A stretch of DNA of 64,000 nt from Octopus vulgaris. Lineage: Eukaryota. Numbering within the stretch: the stretch's first letter is position 1; each line of letters opens with the position of its first letter. The notes below the pieces were generated by a model. The model did no database searches. It was given only the letters and a program-made list of their open reading frames with translations, and was not told where the DNA came from. Positions 40,773-54,194 of the stretch are shown one piece after another. Location of the stretch: NCBI GenBank assembly GCA_951406725.2, contig OX597815.1, forward strand, positions 123,938,001 through 124,002,000, given 5' to 3'. The position numbers and the translations under genes were made by a program.

Positions 40773-41786
40773 TTGCTAGAATGGAACATATATATTAATT
40801 CAATCTATACTCTTACAAACGCTACACCTTTAAAAAGAAATGGACTTGTTTGATTGGCCCTTTAGAAAAAACGGTCAATCTTCGAGCGATAAACAAAAAG
40901 GTCAAAAATATATGTATATATATATAAAAAACTTATAAAAATTATAAAATCCGAGGAAAAAACCGAGGAAAAAACCTATTGCCGTTAATGAAGACAGTAC
41001 AAATTAATGCATAGAAATTAAACCTGTTATAAATACTGCAAAACATATTTATATTAAAATCCACATATATATATCAACATACACAAAAGGATGCGCGTAA
41101 ACGCCATACATACATATACAGACGTATGAATATGAATCTAAATTATACACATAAAAGCATGTGTACATATATTCACGCAAACCGTCTCGCACGCAAGCTA
41201 AAATTCATCTATGTAGCAATTCTCATATACTGAGCAAGGAGGGGGAACGAAAGAAAGGGAAAGAGAGAAAAAGAAACGAAGGAGGGGTGGGGAAAACTTG
41301 TAGCGATATTATTGACATCTATAGAGGCCAGTATACATACACAAGTTTGAATTGATACATATACATACCGTCGTGTGTATGCGTGCTTAAGCACAAGCAT
41401 ACTTTCACTTACACATACACAGATACGCATGCTTACAAATATATATGCTTTGCTATATACAAACTTATATAAACATTCTAAATTTGACAACATTGCTTTT
41501 TTTAAAAAAAAAACAAAAAAACATTGCTTTTAAAAAATGGGTGCATTAATAAAAATATATACGAAAGACATATAAAATAAAATATAACATCCTATTTTGG
41601 GTCATTTATAAATAATCAAGGTAATATAAATAATCAAGGTAATCTTATGCAATACAATAACATGAAAACAAAGTTTGTAGGTTTTTCCTAATATATATGT
41701 AGAAACAATAAGACTTTGCTATAGGTCCGTCGTAGCGCTCAAGAGTCAAAATCAAAATCAAAAAATCAAAATACAAAATATATACT

Positions 41787-42703
41787 CTATCCATATGGTA
41801 TATTTATATTCGACATTTTAAATTTAGCCGTGTGCCTACATAAGTTCATTAATTCACTTCTTTGATTCAAAGAATTATTGTCTTTGAATAATATGTGCAT
41901 TTTTTCTAATAAGCAGAGCCTGCACTTGAAATTATATTTGTAAGCTCCATGCCTGTATGGTGCCGTCCTGTCCAGAATGCTCCATGTCACGTTGAAAGGT
42001 GGGGCTTCCTTTTCTTTTAGTTCCCAGACATATTTTGCTAGGCTGGTTTTCTTTCTGTTCTCTGGGTATTTAAAAGAATTCTTATGAGAATAAAATCTTG
42101 TTTTAAATGAATTTTCTGAAGCCCCTGTGTATGTCTTGTATTCCGATGAGCCTTCCACTTGCACCTTGGCTCTATAAACTACTCCTTTCACTAGACATTT
42201 CCCTTCTAACGGACAGGAGCTTTCGTTTTTGAAATTACATTTCTTAATGGGCTCGGCACCATGTCTAATCTCAATTAGCTTCCTATTATGTTGGCTAATG
42301 TAAGAGGCGAAATTTCTGCAACAAGAATAGCTAACCTTCAGGGTTCTTCTATTAAATATTCTGTAGAATTTATGACCCTGCCTAAAATGCTTAGAGACTA
42401 ATCTCAAAAATTCTTTACCTATATTAGTCTTTACGGCCAAATTGAAAGCCGGGTTAAACCACAAAACTTTCCTGGTCCTAGTTCTTCGTGCAGCATTATT
42501 ATTAGCATTAAGCTGGTTGAACGGGATCTTCTCCGAGAATCCACTATTCTTTAATGCGCTATCGTAATAAGGTGCAGCATTATGTAATGCTGCCTCGTCC
42601 GAAGAAATTGAAGATATTCTTCTACCTACATTGCTGACTAAGTTGCTAAGGATAACTGGTGGATGGTTCGAATCTTTGCTAATATACGATAGCTTTTCAT
42701 TGG
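41787..42703 (-). CDS. Inverted copy of the PLE RT-thumb + GIY-YIG endonuclease region (open frame, no natural start)
   Basis: Near-identical translation to 43121-44037, with VVY...YTG and CCHH-type Cys/His residues. Confidence 0.85.
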
Positions 42704-44037
42704 ACTTCGCCAAGCAGTATGTCAACATCGATAGCTCGGAAATTGAAATTATTATGCATGCGAGGAAATCGCTTCTGTTTTTCGAGGATTCCACCTGGAT
42801 TAAGAAGACTGAGGATTCTCTTTTCGATGTACCGATGGGGGCATACGACGGGGCTGAATTATGTATGCTCATAGGAGCCTTTATTCTCCATAATCTAAAA
42901 ATAGAATTCCCATTTATAGATGCAGGTCTATATAGGGATGACGGCCTTATAGCCACGCATAATCTAAACGGCCATGAATCAGATAGACTTAGGAAGGACC
43001 TTATAGCTTTCTTTCAAAGGATGGGCTTACGGATTACGATAGATACTAACCTGAATAGTGTAGATTTTTTAGACGTAAATTTTAATGTAAGATCGGATAG
43101 ATTTAAACCTTTCCGTAAGCCCAATGAAAAGCTATCGTATATTAGCAAAGATTCGAACCATCCACCAGTTATCCTTAGCAACTTAGTCAGCAATGTAGGT
43201 AGAAGAATATCTTCAATTTCTTCGGACGAGGCAGCATTCCATAATGCTGCACCTTATTACGATAGCGCATTAAAGAATAGTGGATTCTCGGAGAAGATCC
43301 AGTTCAACCAGCTTAATGCTAATAATAATGCTGCACGAAGAACTAGGACCAGGAAAGTTTTGTGGTTTAACCCGGCTTTCAATTTGGCCGTATAGACTAA
43401 TATAGGTAAAGAATTTTTGAGATTAGTCTCTAAGCATTTTAGGCAGGGTCATAAATTCTACAGAATATTTAATAGAAGAACCCTGAAGGTTAGCTATTCT
43501 TGTTGCAGAAATTTCGCCTCTTACATTAGCCAACATAATAGGAAGCTAATTGAGATTAGACATGGTGCCGAGCCCATTAAGAAATGTAATTGCAAAAACG
43601 AAAGCTCCTGTCCGTTAGAAGGGAAATGTCTAATGAAAGGAGTAGTTTATAGAGCCAAGGTGCAAGTGGAAGGCTCATCGGAATACAAGACATACACAGG
43701 GGCTTCAGAAAATTCATTTAAAACAAGATTTTATTCTCATAAGAATTCTTTTAAATACCCAGAGAACAGAAAGAAAACCAGCCTAGCAAAATATGTCTGG
43801 GAACTAAAAGAAAAGGAAGCCCCACCTTTCAACGTGACATGGAGCATTCTGGACAGGACGGCACCATACAGGCATGGAGCTTACAAATATAATTTCAAGT
43901 GCAGGCTCTGCTTATTAGAAAAAATGCACATATTATTCAAAGACAATAATTCTTTGAATCAAAGAAGTGAATTAATGAACTTATGTAGGCACACGGCTAA
44001 ATTTAAAATGTCGAATATAAATATACCATATGGATAG
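42701..44037 (+). pseudogene. Penelope-like RT (motifs 4-7) + GIY-YIG endonuclease, 5'-truncated, one nonsense codon
   Basis: VPMGAYDG, LYRDDG, VDFLDV, SNHPP and GVVY...YTG..SFKTRFYSH. TAG at 43393-43395. Confidence 0.95.
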
Positions 44038-45047
44038 AGTATATATTTTGTATTTTGATTTTTTGATTTTGATTTTGACTCTTGAGCGCTACGACGGACC
44101 TATAGCAAAGTCTTATTGTTTCTACATATATATTAGGAAAAACCTACAAACTTTGTTTTCATGTTATTGTATTGCATAAGATTACCTTGATTATTTATAT
44201 TACCTTGATTATTTATAAATGACCCAAAATAGGATGTTATATTTTATTTTATATGTCTTTCGTATATATTTTTATTAATGCACCCATTTTTTAAAAGCAA
44301 TGTTTTTTTGTTTTAAAAAAAGCAATTTTGTCAAATTTAGAATTTTTATATAAGTTTGTGTATAGCAAAGCATATATATTTGTAAGCATGCGTATCTGTG
44401 TATGTGTAAGTGAAAGTATGCTTGTGCTTAAGCACGCATACACACGACGGTATGTATATGTATCAATTCAAACTTGTGTATGTATACTGGCCTCTATAGA
44501 TGTCAATAATATCGCTACAAGTTTTCCCCACCCCTCCTTCGTTTCTTTTTTCTCTCTTTCCCTTTCTTTCGTTTCCCCCTCCTTGCTCAGTATATGAGAA
44601 TTGCTACATAGATGAATTTTAGCTTGCGTGCGAGACGGTTTGCGTGAATATATGTACACATGCTTTTATGTGTATAATTTAGATTCATATTCATACGTCT
44701 GTATATGTATGTATGGCGTTTACGCGCATCCTTTTGTGTATGTTGATATATATATGTGGATTTTAATATAAATATGTTTTGCAGTATTTATAACAGGTTT
44801 AATTTCTATGCATTAATTTGTACTGTCTTCATTAACGGCAATAGGTTTTTTCCTCGGTTTTTTCCTCGGATTTTATAATTTTTATAAGTTTTTTTTATAT
44901 ATATACATATATTTTTGACCTTTTTGTTTATCGCTCGAAGATTGACCGTTTTTTCTAAAGGGCCAATCAAACAAGTCCATTTCTTTTTAAAGGTGTAGCG
45001 TTTGTAAGAGTATAGATTGAATTAATATATATGTTCCATTCTAGCAA

Positions 45048-45092
45048 AAACTGTCTGATGAACGGCAACGAGAAACTCAGAGTAACAGATTT
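45048..45092 (+). ncRNA. Minimal type-I hammerhead ribozyme (PLE 3' end, right arm)
   Basis: aaactgt-CTGATGA-a cg gcaa cg a-GAAA-ctcaga-GTA-acag(a)ttt. Canonical core, near-palindromic stem III actcagagt, predicted cleavage after 45084. Confidence 0.8.
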
Positions 45093-45120
45093 TGTTGAAT
45101 TTTCTGCTGCTTAAAATAAA

Positions 45121-45220
<100 letters not shown>

Positions 45221-45629
45221 ACGTAACTACAGCATTTTATGATTTGGTTTGCAAGAATTTTTTCATATCAAGCCGTGTGTTGAAACTGATATGGTTGTGT
45301 ATTTGGAGACCACTATTTGTATTTCACGTCAGTTTTATTTTACAGTGTTAACAAATTTGCCATCATTTTTATGACCTTTTCGATAATTTCAAATTTCAAA
45401 GCAGAAAAAGTTTTAAATTAATGAAAAGGTCACCGCATCGAGATGAAAAATTATGCTTAACTAGTTATCACTTTAAGTAACACTGAAGAAAACTGAAGTA
45501 AACTACAAACAGTGAATATGTTTATTGTGGCATTATGATTCTCACAAAAGACAATAATATCGGTTTCGATACAATGATGCTTAACCGATAGCACACACAC
45601 ACACAAACAGACTGACACTACCATAGGTA

Positions 45630-46884
45630 GACATGACAGAAGTAAATAGACACCATTATAATCATTAAAATTTCTTTAAATCTGAAAGTATTCACTCAAG
45701 TTATTTATCAATTGTTATGATGTGAATATTTGATATTTAGTAGACATGCCCTTTGCATTTTTCAATGCAAACACCCTATTAGGCATGTTACTGATCAAAT
45801 GACGAATATTCTCTTGCGGAATTTCTTACCAAGTTTTATGCAGTAACCTCAAAAGATCTGGTTTTGAAGATGCTTTCTTGTTCTTTTTATGAAATGTCCT
45901 GTCTATTATGTCCCAGACGCGTTCAATAAGGTTTATATCTGGTGACTGGCTTGGCCCTGGAAGCTTTTTAATGCCATTCTCACCCAACAAATCTTGGGTC
46001 ATTTTAGCCGTGTGACAAGAAGCTCTATTTTCCATAAATAGTCTTCTTTAATCATTTCATCACTGGAGAGGATTGGAAGGAGTCCTTTCTGCAATATGAA
46101 CACATATTTATCTGAATTTAGGTTTCCCTCACACTCCACGCTGATCCCTCACACTCTGATCAGCCATAGCTCAAAATTGCTCCTCAGACTATCACAGAAT
46201 AGCTGCTGTGTTTCATTGTTGGATGCAATTTTTTCACATCAAATTCTTGATCACAGAGTCTTCAGACCCACACACGACCACTGTCAGGAAATACAGCAAA
46301 TCTGGACTCATCAAAGAATATGACAGTGTTCCAAAATGCTAGTAGCTTCTCCACCGTCTCACCGGCCCAATCTTTTCTCCGCTTGATGTTGGCTGGTCGA
46401 AGAAGTGGCTTCCTTCTTACTGCTCTGCCATAGTAACCAAATTTGTGGAGATACCTGACAACTGTTCTGAGATTGACATCAACTTGTTCTGCTATATCAG
46501 AGGCCTTGCAACGAGGATTATCCTCCACACTTCTCTTAACAAAGAGAAGGGTCCTGTCAGAGAACTCTGGTTGATCTGGGCGAGGTGATGTGGACTTCTT
46601 CCCCTCTCTGGCGAATTGCACAATCACTCTATTAACTGTAGAAAGCGGGACCCCTAGGCTTTCTGCGATTTTACGCTGACTATGTCCATCTTCAGAATGA
46701 CCCACAATATGGCCACTTTGAAATTCAAACAGTTCCAAGGCTTCTTTTGTGCATGGCATGATTAAACAGTCACATATAGAACCTAAAACATAAAAATGTC
46801 ACGTGATAAAAAATATAAACCTTTTCAAGTTAGAATAAACATAAAACAATGTTTTATGAGGTGTCTATTTACTTCTATCATGTG
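45630..46884 (-). mobile_element. Full-length Tc1-like (DD34E) transposon, decayed
   Basis: 25-bp TIRs (c/g)acatga(t/c)agaagtaaatagacacc, TA TSD at 45628-29 and 46885-86. Transposase 46759 to ~45733 has an HTH, RRKPLL, DESRF and SPDINLIE, with stops and frameshifts. Confidence 0.93.
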
Positions 46885-48364
46885 TACATATGCGAGTTTG
46901 TGTGTGTATGTGTCTGCGTGTGGGTCCATGTTTATGCTTCCAATGGTCTAAAAGTCTAAAAACCAGTTTCGTTTATGTTGTTTTCGTCCTGTCATGTCTC
47001 TAAACGAGCAAATAATGAGATCGATAAAATTAGAGGGATCGTCATGATAGATTAAACCCTTCATGCCTCTATACTCCAGTATGGATACAATCGAAACAAA
47101 ATAAAGCATTAAAAGAATAAAGGAATAAATATGCTAGTATATTGTAGAAACTGTTGAGTGCTGAATGAAATATACATAAACAAGAAAAATAAATATATAT
47201 GATGACATATTTCCCGCCAGGGGCAAACCATCTCTCTCTCTCTCTGTATGTATAATATACATAAAATATAAATATATGGGTATATGTATGTGTGTCTACA
47301 CGCACACACACACACGCGCGCGCGCACACACACAAACACACACACACATATGGGGTGAGAGAAAGTGAGAGAGAAGGAGACAAAAGTCTCGGAATCTGTC
47401 AAAATGTGGGAAGAAGACGCCGCTTAGTCTAAGGGTTGGTTAACATTCTCGAAGTGAAGTTTGTTGATCCCGGTGCTATTTCCTAACTCCGGAAGGATGG
47501 CAACTGATAGTTTTCTCGAATGAGTTAGTTCCCGCAGTTGTTAACACATGTACATCAACGTAGATTGGGCGGTGGCGCAAAAAGTTTTATTTATTTAATT
47601 CTCTGACCAATCAATTGGATTGGTTATTTATATATGAAAAAGAAACAGCTGAAAATAAAACAATGTTGAACGAATTCTCAGACAAGCCATTTCCTTCATG
47701 TCTCCATTCTTACATCCTTTTTGCTCTAGTGACAGAGACAGAAGAATGTCATTAAATCTGATAAGATGAAGTAATACAATGTTAAGAGCTTCCTTAACAA
47801 TGGATATCTTTGTAGCGATGGAGCTCGTTGTAAATATATTTAACAAAACTTAATAGCAGCTTTAACTTCAATGCTTAATCTCGTTTCTCCTTTGCATAAC
47901 TTTACAAAAATAATACCGGTCATTCAACCCGAAGCAAAACTATCAATATACTGTGTTGACATTTTCAGAAACCTGCTATCTTTCTATGTCGTAGCGAAAT
48001 TTAAAAGATACTTGTAGACCAATTCTATATAGTCGACAATAATTGCAGCACCGGTATGGATTACGTATTTCTTCATTCCTTTTAACTGAAGTATTTAGAG
48101 CCGTTTTATATTGGAAGTATGGAGGGAGGAGATAAACTTACAGAGCTCTGATCTTAGCAACTCCACCTTCTCCTCATTTGCCTTGGGACATGTTTTCTGA
48201 CGATGCTTTCTATTCTCTAGACATTTATGTTTTCTTTTTTTGCAAGTGTTTAAGTTGGGCATTGGTACCATGAATCTGAAAATTGTGGGAGAGTTTGTAA
48301 CTATTATAGGTAAAGACTCTTTTCACCTAGTTAATTTATTTTTTAGAAATGTATGTTTGTGTGC

Positions 48365-48416
<52 letters not shown>

Positions 48417-48477
48417 ATCCTGCTGGGTTTCTAGCAAACCCCTCTCACCAGGGTAGCCTAGTGGGGGTGCCGACAAC

Positions 48478-48560
48478 CCGACCATGCAACAGGTTGTACT
48501 GGATTCCATGTTACCAGTAGCACTTATGAGAGACTCATAAGTGACCTGTTGAAAGGTCGG
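48478..48560. other. Compact three-way-junction secondary structure
   Basis: Four perfect stems: ccgacc/ggtcgg, caacaggt/acctgttg, tactgg/ccagta and cacttatgag/ctcataagtg. Confidence 0.6.
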
Positions 48561-49218
48561 ATAAACCTAGTGCACGCTCAACAGCTATCTAGAAATAGCA
48601 CGGATACACAGAATTCCTGGGATGATGTCCGGCGTGCTGAAAGACCACTGGGAGTGAGGCATCCCTCAGCTTCTTTTGAACCATGTCTTTAGAAGAAAGT
48701 CACTCTGATATAAATCCAGATAAGAAGGGAATGGTACTGGACATTTTGGCATCTTTGGTTTGTGCTAGAGATCATGGCGCTCCCACATCTCTGAGACTGC
48801 GACTCATATTAGCACTAGACACTGGCTTGTCACTGGATAATGTCAATAAAGTGGAGAGGGCCTATGAAGTGTCGTGTAAGCCTTATTTGATCTAAAACTC
48901 TGCACAAGCATTGTTGACCTCTCCTCGATATGTGCTGCTTTTTTTCTTATATATATTTATTTTATTTTCAGCTACACAGCTTCAAAACTTAACTGACCTT
49001 AAAAATATATATTTGTAACCACGTGTTTGCCTACAAACCCGTAAGTACGTTTTTATTTAACTACAAATTGTTATATACACTTGTTTTTCTTTTAATATCT
49101 TCAAACAACCAAATAATCAAAAGCTCACACCCTTAAGAGAGAACATTTATATATATATACACTTCTTTAACTCCCAAGAAAGAATATATATATATCAAAA
49201 ATCAAAAGAAAAACAAAC

Positions 49219-50448
49219 ATGACTAACTTGCAGGCCTGCAACAGACGAAATTGGTCTGATAATGAAATTGATGTTTTAATAAACACTTGGTTCTCTCTTT
49301 CCCAAACAGAAAATTTAAATGTTTTATGTTTGAATGAGATTGCCGAAAAAACATCACAAATAATCAACACACGATCCGTCAAACAGATTCGTAGCAAGCT
49401 GAAGCATATCGAAGCTTCTTTCAAACTGACAAAAAGCCATTTTGAAAAACTTCTTTATATTTTCACTGTTCAAGAACAGCAACAGCTAGAAAATCAACAG
49501 CCACAACAACAACAACAACAACAGAATGAGCCACTCCTAGTTCCCAGCACAATAGCTGACCCTAACATCGGTCAAGCACAACAACAACAACAACAGCCAC
49601 AGCAACAAGAACAACAACAGCCACTCCTCAACTCTAGCATACTAGATGATTCACTAAATGCCAGTATCTTTTCACCGCTCTCACGGCAACCACCACAATT
49701 ATCATCATCATCATCACCACCGCTGCCACCATCGTCTTCTATCATCAAAAATACCAACAAAAAACCAAATAAGAAACCACTGCTCTCTTCCCCCACATCA
49801 CCACCTCAATACTACTGCAGTAACAAAAACTTAAAGAAACATATGAAGCAGACTGCGCCCCCCACGGCACAAACAAGAAACCCCAAAATATGCCGCTATT
49901 CACTGCGCCAGAGACTCTGCACAAATAGTGACTGCATCTTCACGCATCTACCTGGCACTAGACGCACTACCGGCCAAGGCCAAAGCACGCATCCCACAAT
50001 AACATCAACACCACCAAATAGTAAATCGAAATTCAAAACACACACAACTCGGAGTCCCAAAATCTGCCGGTATTCCCAACGTGAGAGAATATGTCTGCTG
50101 AGTGACTGTCCCTTCACTTATCTTCCAGGGACCCGACGCACAAACAGAAACGGGGCTTCAAGCCAACACACAAACCTGAATAAAAATAAAAATAAAAACA
50201 CACCATGCTGCAGTAATGCTGGTCCAGTCTTTTCAGGAAGACACAAAAACAACAACAACAAAAGTGGAAACTACAACCCTATCCAACAGTGCAACCACAC
50301 CTCCAGCCAAAAACTGCTCCCTAAGCAGGAAAATTCTTTAGCCATGTTGAACATGGCAAAAGAGATACACAAAAATATTCTAGCCATCACTCAACACCAT
50401 CCTATGCTATTACCCCAGTGCACCAATTCCCCACCTTGCTGCCACTAA
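49219..50448 (+). CDS. LINE ORF1 protein: Myb/SANT-like N-terminus, poly-Q, two CCCH-like repeats
   Basis: 409-aa open ORF. RRNWSDNEIDVLINTW...IAEK...RSVKQIRSKLKHI; CRYSLRQRLCTNSDCIFTH and CRYSQRERICLLSDCPFTY, each followed by LPGTRR. Confidence 0.85.
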   Translation: MTNLQACNRRNWSDNEIDVLINTWFSLSQTENLNVLCLNEIAEKTSQIINTRSVKQIRSKLKHIEASFKLTKSHFEKLLYIFTVQEQQQLENQQPQQQQQQQNEPLLVPSTIADPNIGQAQQQQQQPQQQEQQQPLLNSSILDDSLNASIFSPLSRQPPQLSSSSSPPLPPSSSIIKNTNKKPNKKPLLSSPTSPPQYYCSNKNLKKHMKQTAPPTAQTRNPKICRYSLRQRLCTNSDCIFTHLPGTRRTTGQGQSTHPTITSTPPNSKSKFKTHTTRSPKICRYSQRERICLLSDCPFTYLPGTRRTNRNGASSQHTNLNKNKNKNTPCCSNAGPVFSGRHKNNNNKSGNYNPIQQCNHTSSQKLLPKQENSLAMLNMAKEIHKNILAITQHHPMLLPQCTNSPPCCH

Positions 50449-53400
50449 CACACACAAAAAATCCAAGCCCCCTGCAACAGTCAAAACCAGCCACTACACT
50501 AACCTCCACATTTCTACTCAATGCACAAGGTGTCAGCCCTTCCATCAATGCACAAAAATGGAAGGTCCAATTCATTGAAGACTGGGTTGGTAACCATCCA
50601 CACCGCATCCCTTTCTTCATTCTCACTGAGACCCACCTTGACAACTCCCACTTGGAAGCCGAAGTGAGAGTGAAGAATTTCACAACCATCCGCACGGATC
50701 GTATCGGCAGAAGGAAGGGTGGAACTGCCATTTTCCTGCATGATTCGTTTACGGCAGATGGAAATAGTATATTCTCCAACGGCTACTGTGAATCAGTCAC
50801 CGTGCACAACAAAGCCAATGACCTGACAGTAATTGGGCTCTATAGGCCGCCCCAAACACCCATACTGTGCTTTAAAGAATGCCTCAACAGCATTAAGTGC
50901 TTTATTCAACAGTGCCATTCTAGCAACCTACTCATGATGGGAGACTTCAATCTACCCTGTATTGACTGGACTACAAACTGTTTGAAACCAAGCACTCCCG
51001 CCTCAACCGCTGACAAAGAAGCAGCAGAGTCACTTTTCGACTTTACGAATGAGTTTTTCTTGTCCCAACTTGTCCTTGCACCAACAAGACATCAGAAGAA
51101 CATTTTGGACCTAGTGTTTAGTAACCACACTAACACTATACATAACGTTACAGTGGAAAAAACCCTTCTTTCAGACCATGACATGGTTCTCTGTAACATG
51201 AAATTCCACCAGCCGAAAGCTAATCCTAGTGACCTCCCTCCAGCCCACCCATTTGACAACATGGATCTCCATAATGCCAACTGGATGCAATCAGGAACGA
51301 GCTATCACATGTTGACTGGTCCTTTACACATACACACATCTCCACCAACCATAAAACATCTTGGCAGATCTTTGTAGACACCGTCACAGACATATGTGCA
51401 AAACACTCCCCACCAAGACCTGTGAACAAAAAGTGCAGAATCCCCCAAAACAGAAAAACCATTATCAGAAAAATAAAAAGAACAAACAAAAAAATTAACA
51501 AACTAAAGTACTGCCAACAGCAACACACACATTCGACGGCTATCGCACTGCTTGAATCCAAAAAATATAACCTCCAACAATGCATGAAGACCCTCATCAA
51601 TAGCCAAAGATCAGCTGAGGAGAAGTGGGCCATTGAAAAAATCAAACTCAACTCCAAAGTGTTCTTTTCATTTGCGAGGAAACGCAGGGTCACTGTCTCC
51701 ATTGTTGGCCCCCTAATTGATGAAACTGGCACTCTCCAAAATAATGCCAAATCCATGGCCGAGATACTGCAGAAACAATACTGCTCTGTTTTCAGCAATC
51801 CTGATATGGCCGATCTGGGCTGTATCAGTGATGTCAACCCCCAACACACTATATCGGACATAACGTTTAGTGCCCCTGATGTCTTAGCGGCGATAAACGA
51901 AATAAAACACAATTCAGCAGTAGGCCCCGATAGGTTCCCTGCTTGTGTCCTGAAGATGTGTCGACACCAACTTGCATCTCCCCTTGCTAATCTGTGGAGA
52001 AACTCACTGGATGCTGGCTATATTCCAAAAAACCTTCTGTCCCAGTCTGTTGTCCCAGTTTTCAAAAAGGGAAACAAGTCCCTTGCAGTGAACTACCGTC
52101 CGATCTCACTCACCTCTCATATCATCAAGGTATTTGAGAGGGTGGTGAGATCTCGAATAACCCAATTTCTGGAAAGCAACAGACGGCTGATCTCTAACCA
52201 ACATGGGTTCCGTAATGGAAGGGACTGCCTAACGCAGCTCCTGCATCACTTTGATGACATTTTGAGAGCTTTGGGAGAGGGCTCAACACCGATGTCATCT
52301 ACCTTGATTTCAGTAAGGCCTTCGACAGGGTCGATCACAAGATCCTATTGAAAAAACTATCCAACATTGGTGTCTCTGGAAAGTTACTGAAATGGATCAA
52401 GTGTTTCCTGACAGACAGATCTCAACATGTTGTAGTTGAAGGGGTAAAATCAAGCCCAGCCAAAGTCAGTAGTGGCGTTCCGCAAGGTACTGTGCTGGGC
52501 CCACTTCTTTTCATCATCTACATTAATGACATTAATGACATCATCAAGCACAGCAACATAAAAATCTTTGCAGATGATTCCAAGCTACAGAAGGTCATAA
52601 ATGAGGCGAGTGACCGGACATGCCTTCAGTCAGATCTACTGGCTGTTATCCAATGGGCAGAAAAAAACAATATGCTGCTGAACGAGGATAAATTTGAGTT
52701 AATCCACTTTGGAAAAGAGGATGCCCTGAAACTCCCATACTCCCTCCCTTCAGGTGAAACTCTCGCGGCGTCCAACAACATCAGAGACTTGGGAGTAATT
52801 GTGGACAACAACATAAGCTGGGCCACTCATATAAACACCAAAGTTGACATGGCCCGCAGAATGTGTTCCTGGATTCTCAGAACTTTCCAGTCGAGAGATA
52901 TCCACACCATTATCCTTCTCTTCTCCACTTTTGCCCGACCCCACCTTGAATACTGTTGTCCCCTGTGGTCTCCCCACACAATACAAAGTATCATAAAAGT
53001 TGAAGCACCTCAAAGGGCAATCACAAAAAAGATAGATGGCATGACAGGCCTCGACTATTGGGGTCGACTAGAAAAGCTAAAACTTTATTCTCTCCAACGT
53101 CGTCGTGAGCGCTACATCATCTGCATGATGTGGAAAATATTCCATCAGCATTGCCCAAATGATGTTGGCATCACCTTTAAGGTACATCTAAGGCTTGGGC
53201 CCCGTGCCATCCGCCCAAAACAAAAATCGCACTCTCATCTCATAACAACAATACGGTACAATTATTTCACCTCAATTGGCCCCGCTCTCTTTAACATTAC
53301 ACCAAAACACATTAAAACAGAAACTGACCCTATAGGGTTCAAGAAGTCTTTGGACAGATTCCTTTCAAGAAATCCCGGATAAACCCCCTACACCCGGATA

Positions 53401-53455
53401 TGTCTCTGTAAACAATAACTCTCTACTTGAGTGGGCCATAGTGCCCAAATTCTGA
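50418..53455 (+). CDS. LINE ORF2 (AP endonuclease + reverse transcriptase), three single-base frameshifts as assembled
   Basis: LTETHL, YRPP, MGDFN, LDLVF, SDH; GPD, NYRPISLTS, QHGFR, YLDFSKAFD, SGVPQGTVLGP, FADD, RDLGV, RPHLEYC. Confidence 0.93.
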
Positions 53456-53876
53456 CTTGAAAGACTTCACCAGGTGGTGCTATTAAGTTAGACATGGCCT
53501 GGGCCAATAATGGCCGAAACCTATCAAAGTATCAAAGTATCAAAGTATATGTATCTTTATTTTTAGTATATAGTTATATATCTATTTTAAGCATATATTT
53601 ATTTTATTTTTATTCAGAAGTCCTGCGGCGACGGGAAGGTGGTGAAGCATGCAGCCCTGACGGATTGGAAGCATGTAGTCAGCGACATACACATAGGCGG
53701 CCAATGCTAGATATAAAGTCGTCTCCTTGTTGCACAAGACAGCGGTAGGATTCGGTTGCTGCATTGGTGTATGAGCAGCTCCATTTGGAGAGGGAACTGC
53801 TCACTCGGAGGCTGGGGAGGTTCTAGAAAAGGTGAACCAAAAATTGCCTGTCTTTTTATATCTGGTCAGTTTAGCA

Positions 53877-53939
<63 letters not shown>

Positions 53940-54194
53940 TACACACATACGGCAGGCTTCATTCAGTTACCATCTCCCAAATAAACTCACAAGGCTCGAG
54001 ACAGTAACGATTAATATATATATATGAGACCGATATATACATTAATTATATAATTAATATATGTATATATATATATATATAAATTTAAAAATAGGATAAA
54101 ATCTTCATAAGAAATTATCAAGTAGTGCGGCATCTATGTGTAATAGTGCCCTCTATATAATATATATAAAATATATATATATATATATATACAC

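Larger units (their letters stand above)
48970..53548 (+). mobile_element. Near full-length CR1-type LINE (5' boundary uncertain)
   Basis: ORF1, then APE-RT ORF2, a short 3' UTR and an octamer tail (TATCAAAG)x3 at 53522-53545. Confidence 0.92.

Noticed and set aside
42704-42956. Novel N-terminus of the 389-aa minus-strand ORF
   Set aside because: It is the antisense of the RT spacer, fused in frame by chance at the inversion junction.
53618-53750. Possible host exon (polypyrimidine-CAG ... GTAGGA)
   Set aside because: No recognisable protein similarity and no partner exons. It would need RNA-seq support.
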